From Thermodesulfovibrionales bacterium (GTDB taxonomy: Bacteria > Nitrospirota > Thermodesulfovibrionia > Thermodesulfovibrionales > UBA6898): DNA of 40,647 nt. The notes beneath the pieces were generated by a model that made no database searches, was not told the DNA's origin, and saw nothing but the letters and a program-made list of their open reading frames with translations. The translations under genes were made by a program, and so were the position numbers. Where the stretch lies: the NCBI GenBank assembly GCA_044450345.1, contig JBIOIY010000024.1, positions 1-40,647 on the forward strand, read 5' to 3'. Positions 19,441-29,959 of the stretch are shown here, piece after piece; position 1 is the first letter of the stretch; every line of letters begins with the position of its first letter.

Positions 19441-20226
19441 CTAACTTTCAGCAGACGTGAACGGTTTCCTGAACCAGAAACAGCCGCAGCCGTAATCCTG
19501 AGCATCTGCAACCCGCTGATCGGCACCGATAATCAAACCGCCATCTTTTGGATCGTCCGGCACAAGTGCGAACTCCATCAGCCGGAATGCCACGAAACAA
19601 TCAATGATCTGCTGATAACTATAGATCCTGTGAGCATTGAATACGACCCTCGGCCTCCCGACGGGGACCACAAACAGCAAATCTCCCCCCGGTGCAAGAA
19701 CCCTCCTTATTTCGGCGACAGCCTTCAGGTCGCCTTCCGGATCAATGGGGTCACCGTATCTCCCCAACCCGATATGCTCAATAACGTGCATGCAGGACAA
19801 GGACAAAACTGAATTATCATCGAACGGAAGGGCCGTAATGTCGGCATGTAGACATTCCAGATTGTCCAGATGAATGCTCGCCGGACGGTAATCATAAAAC
19901 GTGACAGGAATAAAAGCTGATACAAGCGAAACAAAATAAAGCGATGAAGAGATATCTATGTGAAATGTCGGCTTCATTGATGCCAGAGCACGCGCGGCCC
20001 ATCCCGTGTGATAAATATAATGCCGATCGAAATATGAGTTAGAAGTCTTATCCCTAAGGCAAGGCTGTCGGTCTTTCCATCTTATATGGAACCGTTCATC
20101 CTTACTTAGAGATTTGAAAGCGGCAAACTCTCTTCTAAATTCTTGCTGCCGGTAAAACATCAACCATTTACTATACGCCTTCATTATAAAGGGTATTTTC
20201 GCAATTGTATTTTTCACATACGCCAT
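19441..20226 (-). CDS. DUF268-type class I SAM methyltransferase
   Basis: SCMHVIEHIGLGRYGDPIDPEGD and VFNAHRIY, characteristic of DUF268. Confidence 0.8.
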   Translation of the reverse strand: MAYVKNTIAKIPFIMKAYSKWLMFYRQQEFRREFAAFKSLSKDERFHIRWKDRQPCLRDKTSNSYFDRHYIYHTGWAARALASMKPTFHIDISSSLYFVSLVSAFIPVTFYDYRPASIHLDNLECLHADITALPFDDNSVLSLSCMHVIEHIGLGRYGDPIDPEGDLKAVAEIRRVLAPGGDLLFVVPVGRPRVVFNAHRIYSYQQIIDCFVAFRLMEFALVPDDPKDGGLIIGADQRVADAQDYGCGCFWFRKPFTSAES

Positions 20227-20285
20227 AATAGCACCCACCTCAGGAGAAACATAATATATCCTATCTTCTGAAGATGTTTTCGAGT

Positions 20286-21068
20286 TTATTTCTCGAATTT
20301 TATATAAACATCTCCAGATCCCAGAGGAGAATTTCTCGCCTGCTCCTTGAGAATGTCAATCAATTCTCCAGAATCTCGCCAGTCTTGAAGTGCCAATATC
20401 ATGGACTCACTTAATGAATAGTTCCCAGTTATGTTGCCGAGCGATGACAGATAAATAATACACTTAATAGTTGATTCTATATATTCATTGGCAAATTCTA
20501 TCGAAATAGTTTGCACCGGCTTGCTTAACCCTTTTAATACTGGGTATTCGTAACCTTCCACATCTATTTTAATAAATGATGGAATACCATAGGTTTGAAT
20601 TAAGTTATCGAGTTTGGTCATCTCCACAGACTGCACCTTATTCCAACTAAAGGAAGCAAATCTGCCGCTCTGCCGGACAGCTGTTACCCACTGTTCAGAC
20701 AAAGAAGACAGGGTGTGGGCCTCGCTTACAAGCATCTCGGCGCTGCCTTCTTTTTCTCCCAGCGCTTTCTGAATCAAAGTAACAGACTTATTCTTGCCGA
20801 AAAATTTCTTTAGAACTTTCATGCATATATCTTGCGGCTCCACTGCAACGACTACTGCGTCCAGCTTGAGGAACACTTTTGTTCTGCTTCCAAGGTTTGC
20901 GCCAATATCGAAACAAATATCATTGGGTTTTATAAATTGTCGGTAAAAATTTAACATTTTCTGATCTTGTTCCGTCCATTGCGTCAATGGTCGACTTAAC
21001 CTTCTATTTTGAATCAATTCATATAAGAAAGTCCGTTTGGCAGCTTGTTTAAGCAATTGATGTATCAT
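20286..21068 (-). CDS. FkbM-family methyltransferase
   Basis: FDIGANLG, VEPQ, FIKIDVEGYE..VLKG. Confidence 0.9.
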   Translation of the reverse strand: MIHQLLKQAAKRTFLYELIQNRRLSRPLTQWTEQDQKMLNFYRQFIKPNDICFDIGANLGSRTKVFLKLDAVVVAVEPQDICMKVLKKFFGKNKSVTLIQKALGEKEGSAEMLVSEAHTLSSLSEQWVTAVRQSGRFASFSWNKVQSVEMTKLDNLIQTYGIPSFIKIDVEGYEYPVLKGLSKPVQTISIEFANEYIESTIKCIIYLSSLGNITGNYSLSESMILALQDWRDSGELIDILKEQARNSPLGSGDVYIKFEK

Positions 21069-21997
21069 TTGTTATTCTCGCTATACAGGTATTTCCCGAA
21101 TCCGCAACTGTGCACTCGGAAATCGTCCATCTCCGGATCCTTGCTCTCCACTCCGTAATACTGTTCATTCTTGTAATTGATCATATATTTAGGCACCCTT
21201 CCGTAAAAGGAGGCCCACTGGGTAAAGGTGCTGGGTGCCCCCACAATATAATCACAACTGGCGAGAGTATAAAGATCCTCCATGAAATTACCGGGACCGA
21301 ATTGAAATGTAAACTCACCGAAATAGTCAGGAGACTGTCTCTCGTTCGAGCATATAATCAGTTTAACAGGTTTTCCGTTAAAAAGGCCGATGATCTTTCT
21401 CAGGACAGCCGCATATTCCTCGGCCGTATAGTACATCAGCCCATTGCTGTGGATCTTATAATCGCCCTGGCGCATATGAACGCCTATAAGAATATCTCCG
21501 TCTTTCCGCACGTCGGCAATATAGTCGGCAACCCTTCGTTCAACAGCCACTACAGGGCGGAAATAATCCCTAATGATTTCGCTGTGCTTTATGAAGTTCT
21601 TATGATCCAGAAAATAGAACCCATCTAAAAAGGTCGTTGCCCCGGACTTCATCCGGGCCATGAGGCGGACTGCCGTCGGATCTTTGCTGCAGAAATCGAA
21701 CTTCTGCTGCCAGCCCAGCCTCACTGACGAGAAGATATTGATTTTTGAATTTATTCGCATGAGGTAATTTGCCGCTTTGAAAAGGCCATGCCTGTATCCA
21801 CGCCTTTTCCCATAAAACCCCTTAGTCGGGGGGTAATGACAGAGCAGGCTTTCCGCAGTGGAACGAAACCAGCAGGCATATTCCTCAAAGGCAGGGTTGA
21901 TGACCGTAACATTATGCTCGACAGCAAAGGCAAGCACATTAGCAAAAGTAAAAAGCCTGTTACCTAACTCTCCGTATTTTTCTGCAATTATCAGCAT
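21065..21997 (-). CDS. GT11-like (alpha-1,2-fucosyltransferase-like) glycosyltransferase
   Basis: GELGNRLF, GVHMRQGDY (HxRxGDY), STFTQWA. Start inferred at ATG 21997. Confidence 0.75.
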   Translation of the reverse strand: MLIIAEKYGELGNRLFTFANVLAFAVEHNVTVINPAFEEYACWFRSTAESLLCHYPPTKGFYGKRRGYRHGLFKAANYLMRINSKINIFSSVRLGWQQKFDFCSKDPTAVRLMARMKSGATTFLDGFYFLDHKNFIKHSEIIRDYFRPVVAVERRVADYIADVRKDGDILIGVHMRQGDYKIHSNGLMYYTAEEYAAVLRKIIGLFNGKPVKLIICSNERQSPDYFGEFTFQFGPGNFMEDLYTLASCDYIVGAPSTFTQWASFYGRVPKYMINYKNEQYYGVESKDPEMDDFRVHSCGFGKYLYSENNK

Positions 21998-22019
21998 ACC
22001 TATGATTACAATAGATCCT

Positions 22020-22961
22020 TTACGAAATATACTTGCATGATTCTTCAGCATCACTTATCGTGGGGGAGATATAGCGCGGCCCGCGTAAATATAACAATAA
22101 TGCCAACAACATTGCTCTCATTTCCCCAGTAAACTTCACAGGGATCCACCAGGGATGTCGAAGATGGAATCTGGTCATGACCTCTCTGAAAGGACGTCGC
22201 AACATATATATCAAGGTCTTCAGAGAAATCCCCTGTCGCAAAGCAAAATAGTAATCGCCCACTCCATGATATGGAGAGGAAGAGGTGAGATGATTACCGT
22301 AAGTCCGGGTCCCCCCGCTCGCAATTCTCAGATGCTGGATGCTTGCCTTCGGCTCGAAGATTATCTTCCCCCCGGCACGAATAACTCTTTGTGCAAATTC
22401 AGTTTCAAACCGGTATGCCACACCCATAAAGTTCTCATCAAACCCACCGATCTCAAGCGCTCTTCCCCTGACAACGCATAGGTTTCCCGCCATAACGTCG
22501 CTAATGAAACTTCTCCTGCCGCTGTTGAAAAGAAAACGGCCGCCCGATTCTTCCCCATTGAGTTCTTCTTCACCCGGCTGCCGTACCTGACCGGCGATAC
22601 ACCAGACGCCGGGATCACTAAGTTCGTTCATGACGGCCGCGTAAACGCTCACAATATTATCAACGGGGATGATGTCATCATCGAGGAATAAAACGTAATT
22701 AGTTTTTGCCTCAATGAGGCCGGTATTCATGGCCTTGGGGATAGATGGAATCTTCAGCCTTATCCACTGAATGATGCCGTCTGTTGACCATTCTTGCAGC
22801 CTTTTTTCGGTAGGTATCTCATGCTTAACGGTTTGGTCCACAACCAGCAGTGCCCCAGCTCGCACCCGCAGTGACAAGAGCTGATTGAGCGTCTGGACTA
22901 AAACCTCCTCCCGACCATAAGTGGGAATTACAATAGAAATGTCACGCGGGGCGACGCTCAT
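22020..22961 (-). CDS. GT2 glycosyltransferase
   Basis: SIVIPTYGR, FLDDD, GGFDENF. Confidence 0.9.
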   Translation of the reverse strand: MSVAPRDISIVIPTYGREEVLVQTLNQLLSLRVRAGALLVVDQTVKHEIPTEKRLQEWSTDGIIQWIRLKIPSIPKAMNTGLIEAKTNYVLFLDDDIIPVDNIVSVYAAVMNELSDPGVWCIAGQVRQPGEEELNGEESGGRFLFNSGRRSFISDVMAGNLCVVRGRALEIGGFDENFMGVAYRFETEFAQRVIRAGGKIIFEPKASIQHLRIASGGTRTYGNHLTSSSPYHGVGDYYFALRQGISLKTLIYMLRRPFREVMTRFHLRHPWWIPVKFTGEMRAMLLALLLYLRGPRYISPTISDAEESCKYIS

Positions 22962-23518
22962 TGTCTGAACCGCAGCACTCTCGCGGGACTGCCTGCGACC
23001 ACTGCCTTTTCTGGCACGTCACGTGTAACAACAGCAGCGGCTCCTACAATTGCTCCATCCCCGATCGTCACGCCGGATAGAATCACCGCCTTTGTCCCCA
23101 GCCATACATCCCGCCCTATGGTCACTTTCCCGGAACTACAGAGTTGCTGGTCTATCCTAAGACCGGCAGATATCCCGTGAGAGTGGTCCGTGATAAAACA
23201 GTGCGGCGCAATAATCGTATGATCCCCTATAGTGACCTTCTCTTGAATATCAAACTCCGTCCCCTTTCCGATGAAAACGTAATCACCCAGAATCAATGCC
23301 GCCGCATCATCGACAGCCTTGATATAAACGTCGCTTTCGATCAAACAGCGCAGGCCGATAGTGAGACACCAAGGCCTAACAACCCGGCACCTGACGTCGA
23401 CAAAAACCTTCTTATTGACCATGGCCCCCCTCAGCGACAACATCCGCGCCCGGAGACGGCCAGCGGCGAGCCGGCGGGAAGAACTCATATCTTCCATAAC
23501 GCGATGGATTTTCTTCAC
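22958..23518 (-). CDS. Hexapeptide-repeat O-acetyltransferase
   Basis: LbH repeats, FITDHSH, DVWLG...GVTIGDGAIVGAAAVVTRDVP..AGSPAR. Confidence 0.88.
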   Translation of the reverse strand: MKKIHRVMEDMSSSRRLAAGRLRARMLSLRGAMVNKKVFVDVRCRVVRPWCLTIGLRCLIESDVYIKAVDDAAALILGDYVFIGKGTEFDIQEKVTIGDHTIIAPHCFITDHSHGISAGLRIDQQLCSSGKVTIGRDVWLGTKAVILSGVTIGDGAIVGAAAVVTRDVPEKAVVAGSPARVLRFRQ

Positions 23519-24309
23519 GCGGCTGCCCTCCCCGAGACCATAAGCTGATAGCCGAGGACACGCCTTACTCCGGGAATACCGAGTGTAAGCTTGTCCAATG
23601 CCCTCAGAAGGGAAAAGGGCAGGACTCGATGGAGATAGCGCAGCTTCATATGACCGCTGATCCAGGGGGACTCAAAATACCTGACCCTGACATCTTGAAG
23701 GCCCGCCTCCGTGAATATGTCCCTTAACTCATCCCCCAGAAAAGCATAAAAATGGCCGTCGCCGTCAGCCGAGAACTGTTGGTCTGCATATTCCTCTATG
23801 GCTCCGAGTTCTTTAAAAGCAGGAAGAGAATTCTTAAGATATTCACCGTTTGGTGTCGTCATCACCAGACGTCCGCCCGGCATTAACCAGTCGGCCAGTC
23901 TCCGGACGAATTCAAGTGGATACACGAGATGCTCCACAACCTGGTTGGCAAATATGATATCGAATTTCTCCTCCATGTGTATCTCCATCGCGTTGCCGCA
24001 AATAAAGCGAACATTCCCTCTTTCATAGCGTGAAGCCGCATAATCCAAAAACTGACTCCTGATATCCACAGCCCATACATTGTGTCCTCTTTCGGCAAGG
24101 AGAAGGGCAAGGGTGCCTTGCGCGCATCCCACATCCAATATGTTGAGGCGACCGTTGCCTTCCGTCAGAGAAAAATACAGGGCCAATTGGTTGTGATACA
24201 GGTTCCAAATCTGTCGTGCGATGTTCGCGTCCCACATCTCCTGCATATCGTGGTTGTAAAGACCGACGACATCTTCAGGCCAGTCGGGGTTGAATATGGG
24301 ACGCTTCAA
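23515..24309 (-). CDS. Class I SAM-dependent methyltransferase (UbiG-like)
   Basis: ILDVGCAQG, VVEHL, PGGRLVMTTPN. TTG 24309 overlaps the upstream TGA. Confidence 0.85.
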   Translation of the reverse strand: MKRPIFNPDWPEDVVGLYNHDMQEMWDANIARQIWNLYHNQLALYFSLTEGNGRLNILDVGCAQGTLALLLAERGHNVWAVDIRSQFLDYAASRYERGNVRFICGNAMEIHMEEKFDIIFANQVVEHLVYPLEFVRRLADWLMPGGRLVMTTPNGEYLKNSLPAFKELGAIEEYADQQFSADGDGHFYAFLGDELRDIFTEAGLQDVRVRYFESPWISGHMKLRYLHRVLPFSLLRALDKLTLGIPGVRRVLGYQLMVSGRAAA

Positions 24310-25238
24310 AGTATAAAGATCAGCCTGGCGGCAGCCTTGAAATGAAGGGGGAATTCCCTGAGTGCGCTGACAAAATATTTTTTGGCGATAGGGTTTTTTC
24401 TTTGAGTCAGGCAGGTCCCTATAAAATAGAACGCCTGCGCCCTTCTGATACGGCTTCCCCCTTTTCGTATTCGGGACGGCCCGATTGAATTTGCACTCCG
24501 AAGCGCTGGAGCCTCGTTCAAGCCATTCCGTCTGAGGCGACCGCATTCAAGTATCAGTTTTGCCGTCTTCATCTGCTCTTTCCGATAAACACCACTTAAC
24601 GAATCGATGTCCAGTATCGTTTCATACAGTACCTCGGGGACTATGTAATGAGTGCCATACTCAACAAGCCGTGTCCACAAATCCAGATCCTGCGCAAAAT
24701 AGAAGTTCGCCCGATATCCTCCCACCTTTGAATACAGATCCCTTGAGAACATGGTGGTGCCATGGTGTGATGGACCTTGTATTTGACCCAAGTCAAGTGT
24801 CAGCAACCGTTTTGTGGCTTCGGCCTCGTCCGGCACGACATCATAAAGGTGCTCCATCCCCGGTCCGTAATAGCGGCAGCCGCATGAAACCAATGAAGCA
24901 GCATTCCGAGCCTTGACATAGAACAACTGCTTTTTCAACCTGCCAGGCAGTGATATATCTCCCGCATCATGCCTGGCTATATACCTTCCCCTTGCGGCAG
25001 CGCAACCGCGGATCAGTGCTTTCGTCAGCCCCGTGTTTTCCTGGTGAATAAGCCGGATGCGCGGATCGCTGGCAGCGTATTCCGCGAGAATTTTAGGTGA
25101 TTCGTCAGTTGATCCATCGTCGACAATGATAAAGTCGAAATCAACCCCTTCCTGCAAGACGATGCTGTCGAGAGAACGCCGTAATCTGGCCTCACCATTA
25201 TAGACGGACATAACGACAGAGACCTCAGGGTTTTTCAG
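24306..25238 (-). CDS. GT2 glycosyltransferase
   Basis: PEVSVVMSVYNGE, DDGSTD, ARHDAGD, QDLDLW. Probable CTG start at 25238 with a GGAGG SD. Confidence 0.88.
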   Translation of the reverse strand: MKNPEVSVVMSVYNGEARLRRSLDSIVLQEGVDFDFIIVDDGSTDESPKILAEYAASDPRIRLIHQENTGLTKALIRGCAAARGRYIARHDAGDISLPGRLKKQLFYVKARNAASLVSCGCRYYGPGMEHLYDVVPDEAEATKRLLTLDLGQIQGPSHHGTTMFSRDLYSKVGGYRANFYFAQDLDLWTRLVEYGTHYIVPEVLYETILDIDSLSGVYRKEQMKTAKLILECGRLRRNGLNEAPALRSANSIGPSRIRKGGSRIRRAQAFYFIGTCLTQRKNPIAKKYFVSALREFPLHFKAAARLIFIL

Positions 25239-26277
25239 CGTCCGCCTCCATCCACGACTGTTTACGGGTAAACTGACCCGGGGTCCGGCTGATAAAGCTC
25301 CGTCCCTTCTCTGCCACACGTGCGGCACTCGTCCAGCCGAATATCCCAGCAAGCAACCGGTAGGCGCGCATATCGACGGTTGCCCGCCCGCTTGCCTTTA
25401 CCGCCAGAGAAAAAAGCTCCCGTGCCGCAGTGGCATCGCCAAGGATACCGCACTGCCGCACGTTAAAAAATACCCAACGGACAAAATGCTTCATTTCGGG
25501 GGCATTCAGCCCCGTACCAGCCCTCAGCGCGTGCTGGTACAGCAAGGTGAAAAACCTAACGCGATCTGCAGGCGGCAACCACTTGCTACCGCCTGTCTGA
25601 CGAAGCTCGCCATGATGGCGCTGCTCGCAAACGAATTCTTTGCAATGGACAAGTCGAGTGCCAAGAGCGCCGATCCTGGCGTCATATTCCCAGTCCTGTG
25701 AGTAACGAAGATCAGTCCAGGGGCCTACGGCATCCGTCACAGTCCTTCTGAAGAGAGGACAGTCGGTATTCCACCAGCGGTCCGCAAGCAGCCACGGGAA
25801 AAGGGTCGGCAACTCTCTGCCGGACCATTTATAAGGTTCCGGACGAGGTGGTCCGTCTTCGGGACAGAACCGGATACATCCATATGCTGCCCCGCATTCA
25901 GGATGTTCTCTCAGGGCCTTCACCTGTATCTCGAATTTGCGGGGCAAAAGACGGTCGTCGCTGTCCAAGTATTGAATGAATTCGCCCTTAGCCAGTCGAC
26001 GCCCGGCCTCACGTGCAGGTCCCGCACCGCGATTTTTGTTGTGTATATAGAAGATTTCGCCCGGATGTGTTTCTGCAAGCTCTCTGCCGACCAGCGGGGT
26101 CTCATCCGTAGAGCCGTCATCAGAAATGATTATCTCGATCGGTCTGTAGGTCTGTGCAAGAACGCTCCCGACGGCTTCACTCAGCAGTTTCGGACGGTTG
26201 TAAACCGGTATTATCGTGGACACTAAACCTTCGATTATTTCTGCCAAGCTATCATCCCCATATATCTCTCGCCGCAT
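25225..26277 (-). CDS. GT2 glycosyltransferase
   Basis: VSTIIPVYNR, DDGSTD, YLDSDD, QDWEY. The start may be TTG 26247. Confidence 0.88.
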   Translation of the reverse strand: MRREIYGDDSLAEIIEGLVSTIIPVYNRPKLLSEAVGSVLAQTYRPIEIIISDDGSTDETPLVGRELAETHPGEIFYIHNKNRGAGPAREAGRRLAKGEFIQYLDSDDRLLPRKFEIQVKALREHPECGAAYGCIRFCPEDGPPRPEPYKWSGRELPTLFPWLLADRWWNTDCPLFRRTVTDAVGPWTDLRYSQDWEYDARIGALGTRLVHCKEFVCEQRHHGELRQTGGSKWLPPADRVRFFTLLYQHALRAGTGLNAPEMKHFVRWVFFNVRQCGILGDATAARELFSLAVKASGRATVDMRAYRLLAGIFGWTSAARVAEKGRSFISRTPGQFTRKQSWMEADAEKP

Positions 26278-27046
26278 CCAGGAAAGTTTTGACGATTATG
26301 CGGTTGTCGGAGGCGAGACGTTTAACCAACCCTCCGAAGGCATCAAGGCTGCATGAGAGACGATGCCCTCCACCTATGCCGTGGAAGACAAAAACAAGCC
26401 ATAGCCGACGTTCGATGGCCTGATCTACACTCGATAAAAGTCCCTCCGCACTGCAGCCGTCACCCTCCACCCCTCTAACCTGATATTTGTCCAACGGGAT
26501 GGAAGGCAGAGATTCGATCGGCAATCCTCCGCAGCGCGCGGCGAAGAACAATTCTCTCACGACGTCCGTATAATTCTTCTCCCCTGATCCAAAATCCAGG
26601 TCCCATTTATCCACCCATCCCATCAGCCGTGTTCGATCAAGTTTTAGCGACCTCAATGTTCTCTTGAGCAAGCCGGGCCTTCCCACGACAGGATAGCTGC
26701 AGGGGAACGCAAAAGTGCGCTCCTTTTTGCCGTCCAGCATCTCCAAAATATTGTTCGCAACCTCAAGCTCCATACGCATGCGGTCGAGAGAATAGTTCTC
26801 AATCGCGTTACCTTCACGCACCCATTTCTTGCTTCTCACCGCAGGATGAAAAATGGTGTGGTTGCCAAGCTCATGCCCCGATGCCGCCGCCTGACGCCAT
26901 TCATTCGTTCTTCGATGGAAACAGTCAGCTGAAAGCGGAACGTAGAAGCTTGCCTTCAGATTATTTCTGTCGAGCAGCGGCATCACACTGTCAAGATGAA
27001 CATCAAGTCCATCGTCAAAGGTGAGAGTAATTACTATCTTGTCCAT
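26252..27046 (-). CDS. Polysaccharide deacetylase (CE4/NodB-like)
   Basis: TLTFDDG and HELGNHTIFH motifs. Start inferred at ATG 27046. Confidence 0.85.
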   Translation of the reverse strand: MDKIVITLTFDDGLDVHLDSVMPLLDRNNLKASFYVPLSADCFHRRTNEWRQAAASGHELGNHTIFHPAVRSKKWVREGNAIENYSLDRMRMELEVANNILEMLDGKKERTFAFPCSYPVVGRPGLLKRTLRSLKLDRTRLMGWVDKWDLDFGSGEKNYTDVVRELFFAARCGGLPIESLPSIPLDKYQVRGVEGDGCSAEGLLSSVDQAIERRLWLVFVFHGIGGGHRLSCSLDAFGGLVKRLASDNRIIVKTFLDAARDIWG

Positions 27047-27060
27047 AACTTCTTCACTTC

Positions 27061-28869
27061 TCACATAAGCCAGTGTTCGCACCATTTATCGAGAACGGCA
27101 AGCAGCCATATTTTGAGCTCCCAGTTGGAGTCGGAGCGTCTTCTGATTATTTCATCCAGTGCCTTATTGTTCACAATCCCGGAGTCTACCAGGGCGCCCT
27201 TTTTTATGTCCCTTATCTTATACACGACGGGCCAGAAGATGCTGACCGGACAACTGAAACCCTGCTTGGGCTTATCCATTACAGAGGCGGGGACTTTGGA
27301 GGCCAATAGATTGCGAAGAAGATATTTTTTTCTACCGTCTCTGACACAGAGGTCGTCCGGAAGAGAGAACGCAAATTCAACTATGCGGTGGTCCAGAAAA
27401 GGCACGCGGACCTCCAGGGAATGGGCCATAGAGGCACGGTCAAGCCGCATCAGGTTGTTGGAAGGCATATATGTCATCGCGTCAAGATACTGCCATCGCT
27501 TGTACCTGCCGAGGTCTCCCCGGTAATAGTCATACATAAGCGAAGTTTCAGATTTCGGCAGAGCACCTATGTTCGTATCACCGAAAAGCGTCTTTAGCTC
27601 ATCAAGAGAAAAAAATGGAGAAGTGAGAAGCCGGTAATAGTCAAGGCTGTTGCACTTCCTTGCAAGAAGACCTTTTTCGATTCCCAGAAAACGCAGAATG
27701 CCGGAGATGGAGAAAGCCGCCCGCCGCCACTTCTCACACCCTTCCATTTCCGAGTACCAGTTATACCCACCGAAAAGCTCATCCCCGCCGTCACCCGAAA
27801 GCGCGACAGTTGTGCGCCTGCGGGCATTTCGGCAAACAAGGTATGTCGGAAATATCGATGTGTCCCCGAGGGGCTCGTCGTAAAATGAAAAAAGTCTCTC
27901 TAACTCTTCAAAATTGTCCACACGGACCAGATCCTCGAAATGGCTCGTATTGAAATGTCGGGCAACAATTCTTGCATCCTCGAGCTCATTCTGGCCCCAG
28001 TCTTCAAACCCCACGCTGAATGAACGGATCCCCGGCGAGATGGCAGATGCATATGCGGTAATGGCGGTCGAGTCGATCCCTCCGCTCAGAAGCACCCCGA
28101 TAGGGACATCGCTCACGAGGTGCTGGCGGATAGAAGTCTCCAACAGTTCTTCCAAACGGTCCAGCGCGTCAGCTTCGGACCAGCGTTTTCTTTGCGGTTC
28201 GAGGCGCCAATACTCATTAATGGAAAGCTCCTTTTTCGAAGGACTGTAAAAGAAATACTTTCCGGGCGCGAGCTGTTTGACCCCCTGCCAGATAGAATCT
28301 TCACCTATGATATATCCATAGAGCATATAGGAAAAAAGGGCCTGATAACAAATCGCTTTGCTATACGAAGGAAGGGAAACAATCGCCTTAGGTTCCGAAG
28401 CAATCGCCAGGTTTCCATTGATCAGGGCATAATAAAGCGGTTTTATCCCGAGCCGGTCTCGCGCGACAAAGAGCGTTCCCGCTTTCTTGTCCCACAGCGC
28501 AAAGGCGAACATCCCGGCAAACCGCTTGAGACAATCGGCGCCCCACTGCTCATACCCATGGATGATAACTTCCGTATCGCTTTGAGACCTGAACCTGTGT
28601 CCAAGGGCTTCAAGCTCCTGCCTCAATTCCTGAAAATTATAGATCTCTCCGTTGAACGTAATCCAGATCTTGCCGTCTTCATTGGACATAGGCTGTTTGC
28701 CGTCCTCCGAAAGATCGATAATTGAAAGACGGCAGTGGGCAAGGTAGACATCATGGTCACGATCGTAGTACTCCCCGAAAGCATCGGGGCCTCGATACCG
28801 CAACAGCAGGGCGGTGTTTCTAAGGTCCGCCCCGCCTTTATTTCCTATGTACCCGAAAATCCCGCACAT
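27061..28869 (-). CDS. asnB: Asparagine synthase (glutamine-hydrolysing)-like amidotransferase, probably amidating the glycan
   Basis: MCGI N-terminus, RGPD, NGEIYN, RDRLGIKPLYY, LSGGIDS, SGDGGDELFGGY, EVRVPFLD. Confidence 0.9.
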   Translation of the reverse strand: MCGIFGYIGNKGGADLRNTALLLRYRGPDAFGEYYDRDHDVYLAHCRLSIIDLSEDGKQPMSNEDGKIWITFNGEIYNFQELRQELEALGHRFRSQSDTEVIIHGYEQWGADCLKRFAGMFAFALWDKKAGTLFVARDRLGIKPLYYALINGNLAIASEPKAIVSLPSYSKAICYQALFSYMLYGYIIGEDSIWQGVKQLAPGKYFFYSPSKKELSINEYWRLEPQRKRWSEADALDRLEELLETSIRQHLVSDVPIGVLLSGGIDSTAITAYASAISPGIRSFSVGFEDWGQNELEDARIVARHFNTSHFEDLVRVDNFEELERLFSFYDEPLGDTSIFPTYLVCRNARRRTTVALSGDGGDELFGGYNWYSEMEGCEKWRRAAFSISGILRFLGIEKGLLARKCNSLDYYRLLTSPFFSLDELKTLFGDTNIGALPKSETSLMYDYYRGDLGRYKRWQYLDAMTYMPSNNLMRLDRASMAHSLEVRVPFLDHRIVEFAFSLPDDLCVRDGRKKYLLRNLLASKVPASVMDKPKQGFSCPVSIFWPVVYKIRDIKKGALVDSGIVNNKALDEIIRRRSDSNWELKIWLLAVLDKWCEHWLM

Positions 28870-28870
28870 C

Positions 28871-29956
28871 TCAATTAATCCTTCTGACTATGTTAACGCG
28901 GTCATATTTTTCAGGATACCCCAGCAGCGGGTCAGGGCCGTTCTTATCTCCGGACCTTCTTCCCCGCATTTCCTCGATCCGTGTTCGTGCCGGGATGCCG
29001 AGCCGGTCGGGAAGGATTCGCAACGTGTTGATGTTGTCCGCACTATGCCTGTCCGACTGAGGAACATGCCAGAGGTGGATGAAAGGGATGTAACCATAAG
29101 AATAATGCTTCAGCGAAAGACACCGATCGAAAAACTCACAGTCTTCGCCCCCCCAGTTGACAAACCCCTCGTCGAATCCTCCTATAGAAAAGAAAGCATC
29201 TTTTCTTACCGCAATAGTGCCCCCTTGCCAATTCTGAAGCACGATCTTAGGGGTAGTATCTCCGGTAAAATTCCGCCCTGTTTCAATTGATCGAGAATCC
29301 GTTTCGTCCAGATAAAACAGAAACCGCTGCAAGGCGGTCATTTCCAGGTCGTCGATAACAAAACTCAGCGCAACTTCTTTCAGATAGTGTTTCGGCATGC
29401 ATATGTCGGCATCATGGAAAACCAATATGTCCCCATTTGCCTCTCGGACCCCAATATTGTATGCCCATGACTTGTACCATCCTATCGGGTCCGACGGATG
29501 GACCGCACGAACATATTTGACCCAGCCCGGAAGCCCCTTAACTTCCTGTTCGCGGGACTGTTCCACAAGAATACACTCAAAATCTGCACCCTCCTGGCCG
29601 GCCAAAGAACTCAAGACAGTCATAAGGGCATCCAGGCGCTCCTCTCCCCTAAAAGCGATGATGACCGATATGAGCGGCTTTCTGCGGGCCTCCGGGTGAT
29701 CGGAAAATTTTATGGGCCATCTATGGAATGCCCTCCGCATCATGCTCTTGCCCAAAAATGGATAGATCCTGCAGGTCAGCAGGTCGCTCGTCCATCTGCC
29801 CCCGCACTTCATACCCGGGCCATCCGGGGAACTTTCAGTTGTGTCGCTTCTATTCGACAGGCGTTCCCACCGGTCTGTGACATATATGTGCCACGCATAG
29901 CGGGGCAGGTCTATAAGAGTGACACCCAGATTTTTTCTTATTTCATCGATCTTCAT
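28871..29956 (-). CDS. GT2 / GT7C-domain glycosyltransferase
   Basis: ISVIIAFR, FHDAD, GGFDEGFVNWGGED, HLWH. Confidence 0.85.
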   Translation of the reverse strand: MKIDEIRKNLGVTLIDLPRYAWHIYVTDRWERLSNRSDTTESSPDGPGMKCGGRWTSDLLTCRIYPFLGKSMMRRAFHRWPIKFSDHPEARRKPLISVIIAFRGEERLDALMTVLSSLAGQEGADFECILVEQSREQEVKGLPGWVKYVRAVHPSDPIGWYKSWAYNIGVREANGDILVFHDADICMPKHYLKEVALSFVIDDLEMTALQRFLFYLDETDSRSIETGRNFTGDTTPKIVLQNWQGGTIAVRKDAFFSIGGFDEGFVNWGGEDCEFFDRCLSLKHYSYGYIPFIHLWHVPQSDRHSADNINTLRILPDRLGIPARTRIEEMRGRRSGDKNGPDPLLGYPEKYDRVNIVRRIN

Positions 29957-29959
29957 GGA

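Noticed and set aside
24310..24546. Long N-terminal extensions in the ORF track (also 19431-19526, 25239-25352, 37884-38009, 1280-1369)
   Set aside because: Most overlap the neighbouring gene (1280-1369 instead spans the putative promoter) and all precede the family-typical N-terminus. Downstream starts fit SD, stop-overlap or family-alignment evidence better.
25585..25593. Internal ops-core GGCGGTAGC on the minus strand (another GGCGGTAG at 36997-37004 inside the antiterminator gene)
   Set aside because: Both lie in coding sequence and lack the downstream TG. About one chance hit of an 8-mer is expected per strand in 40 kb.
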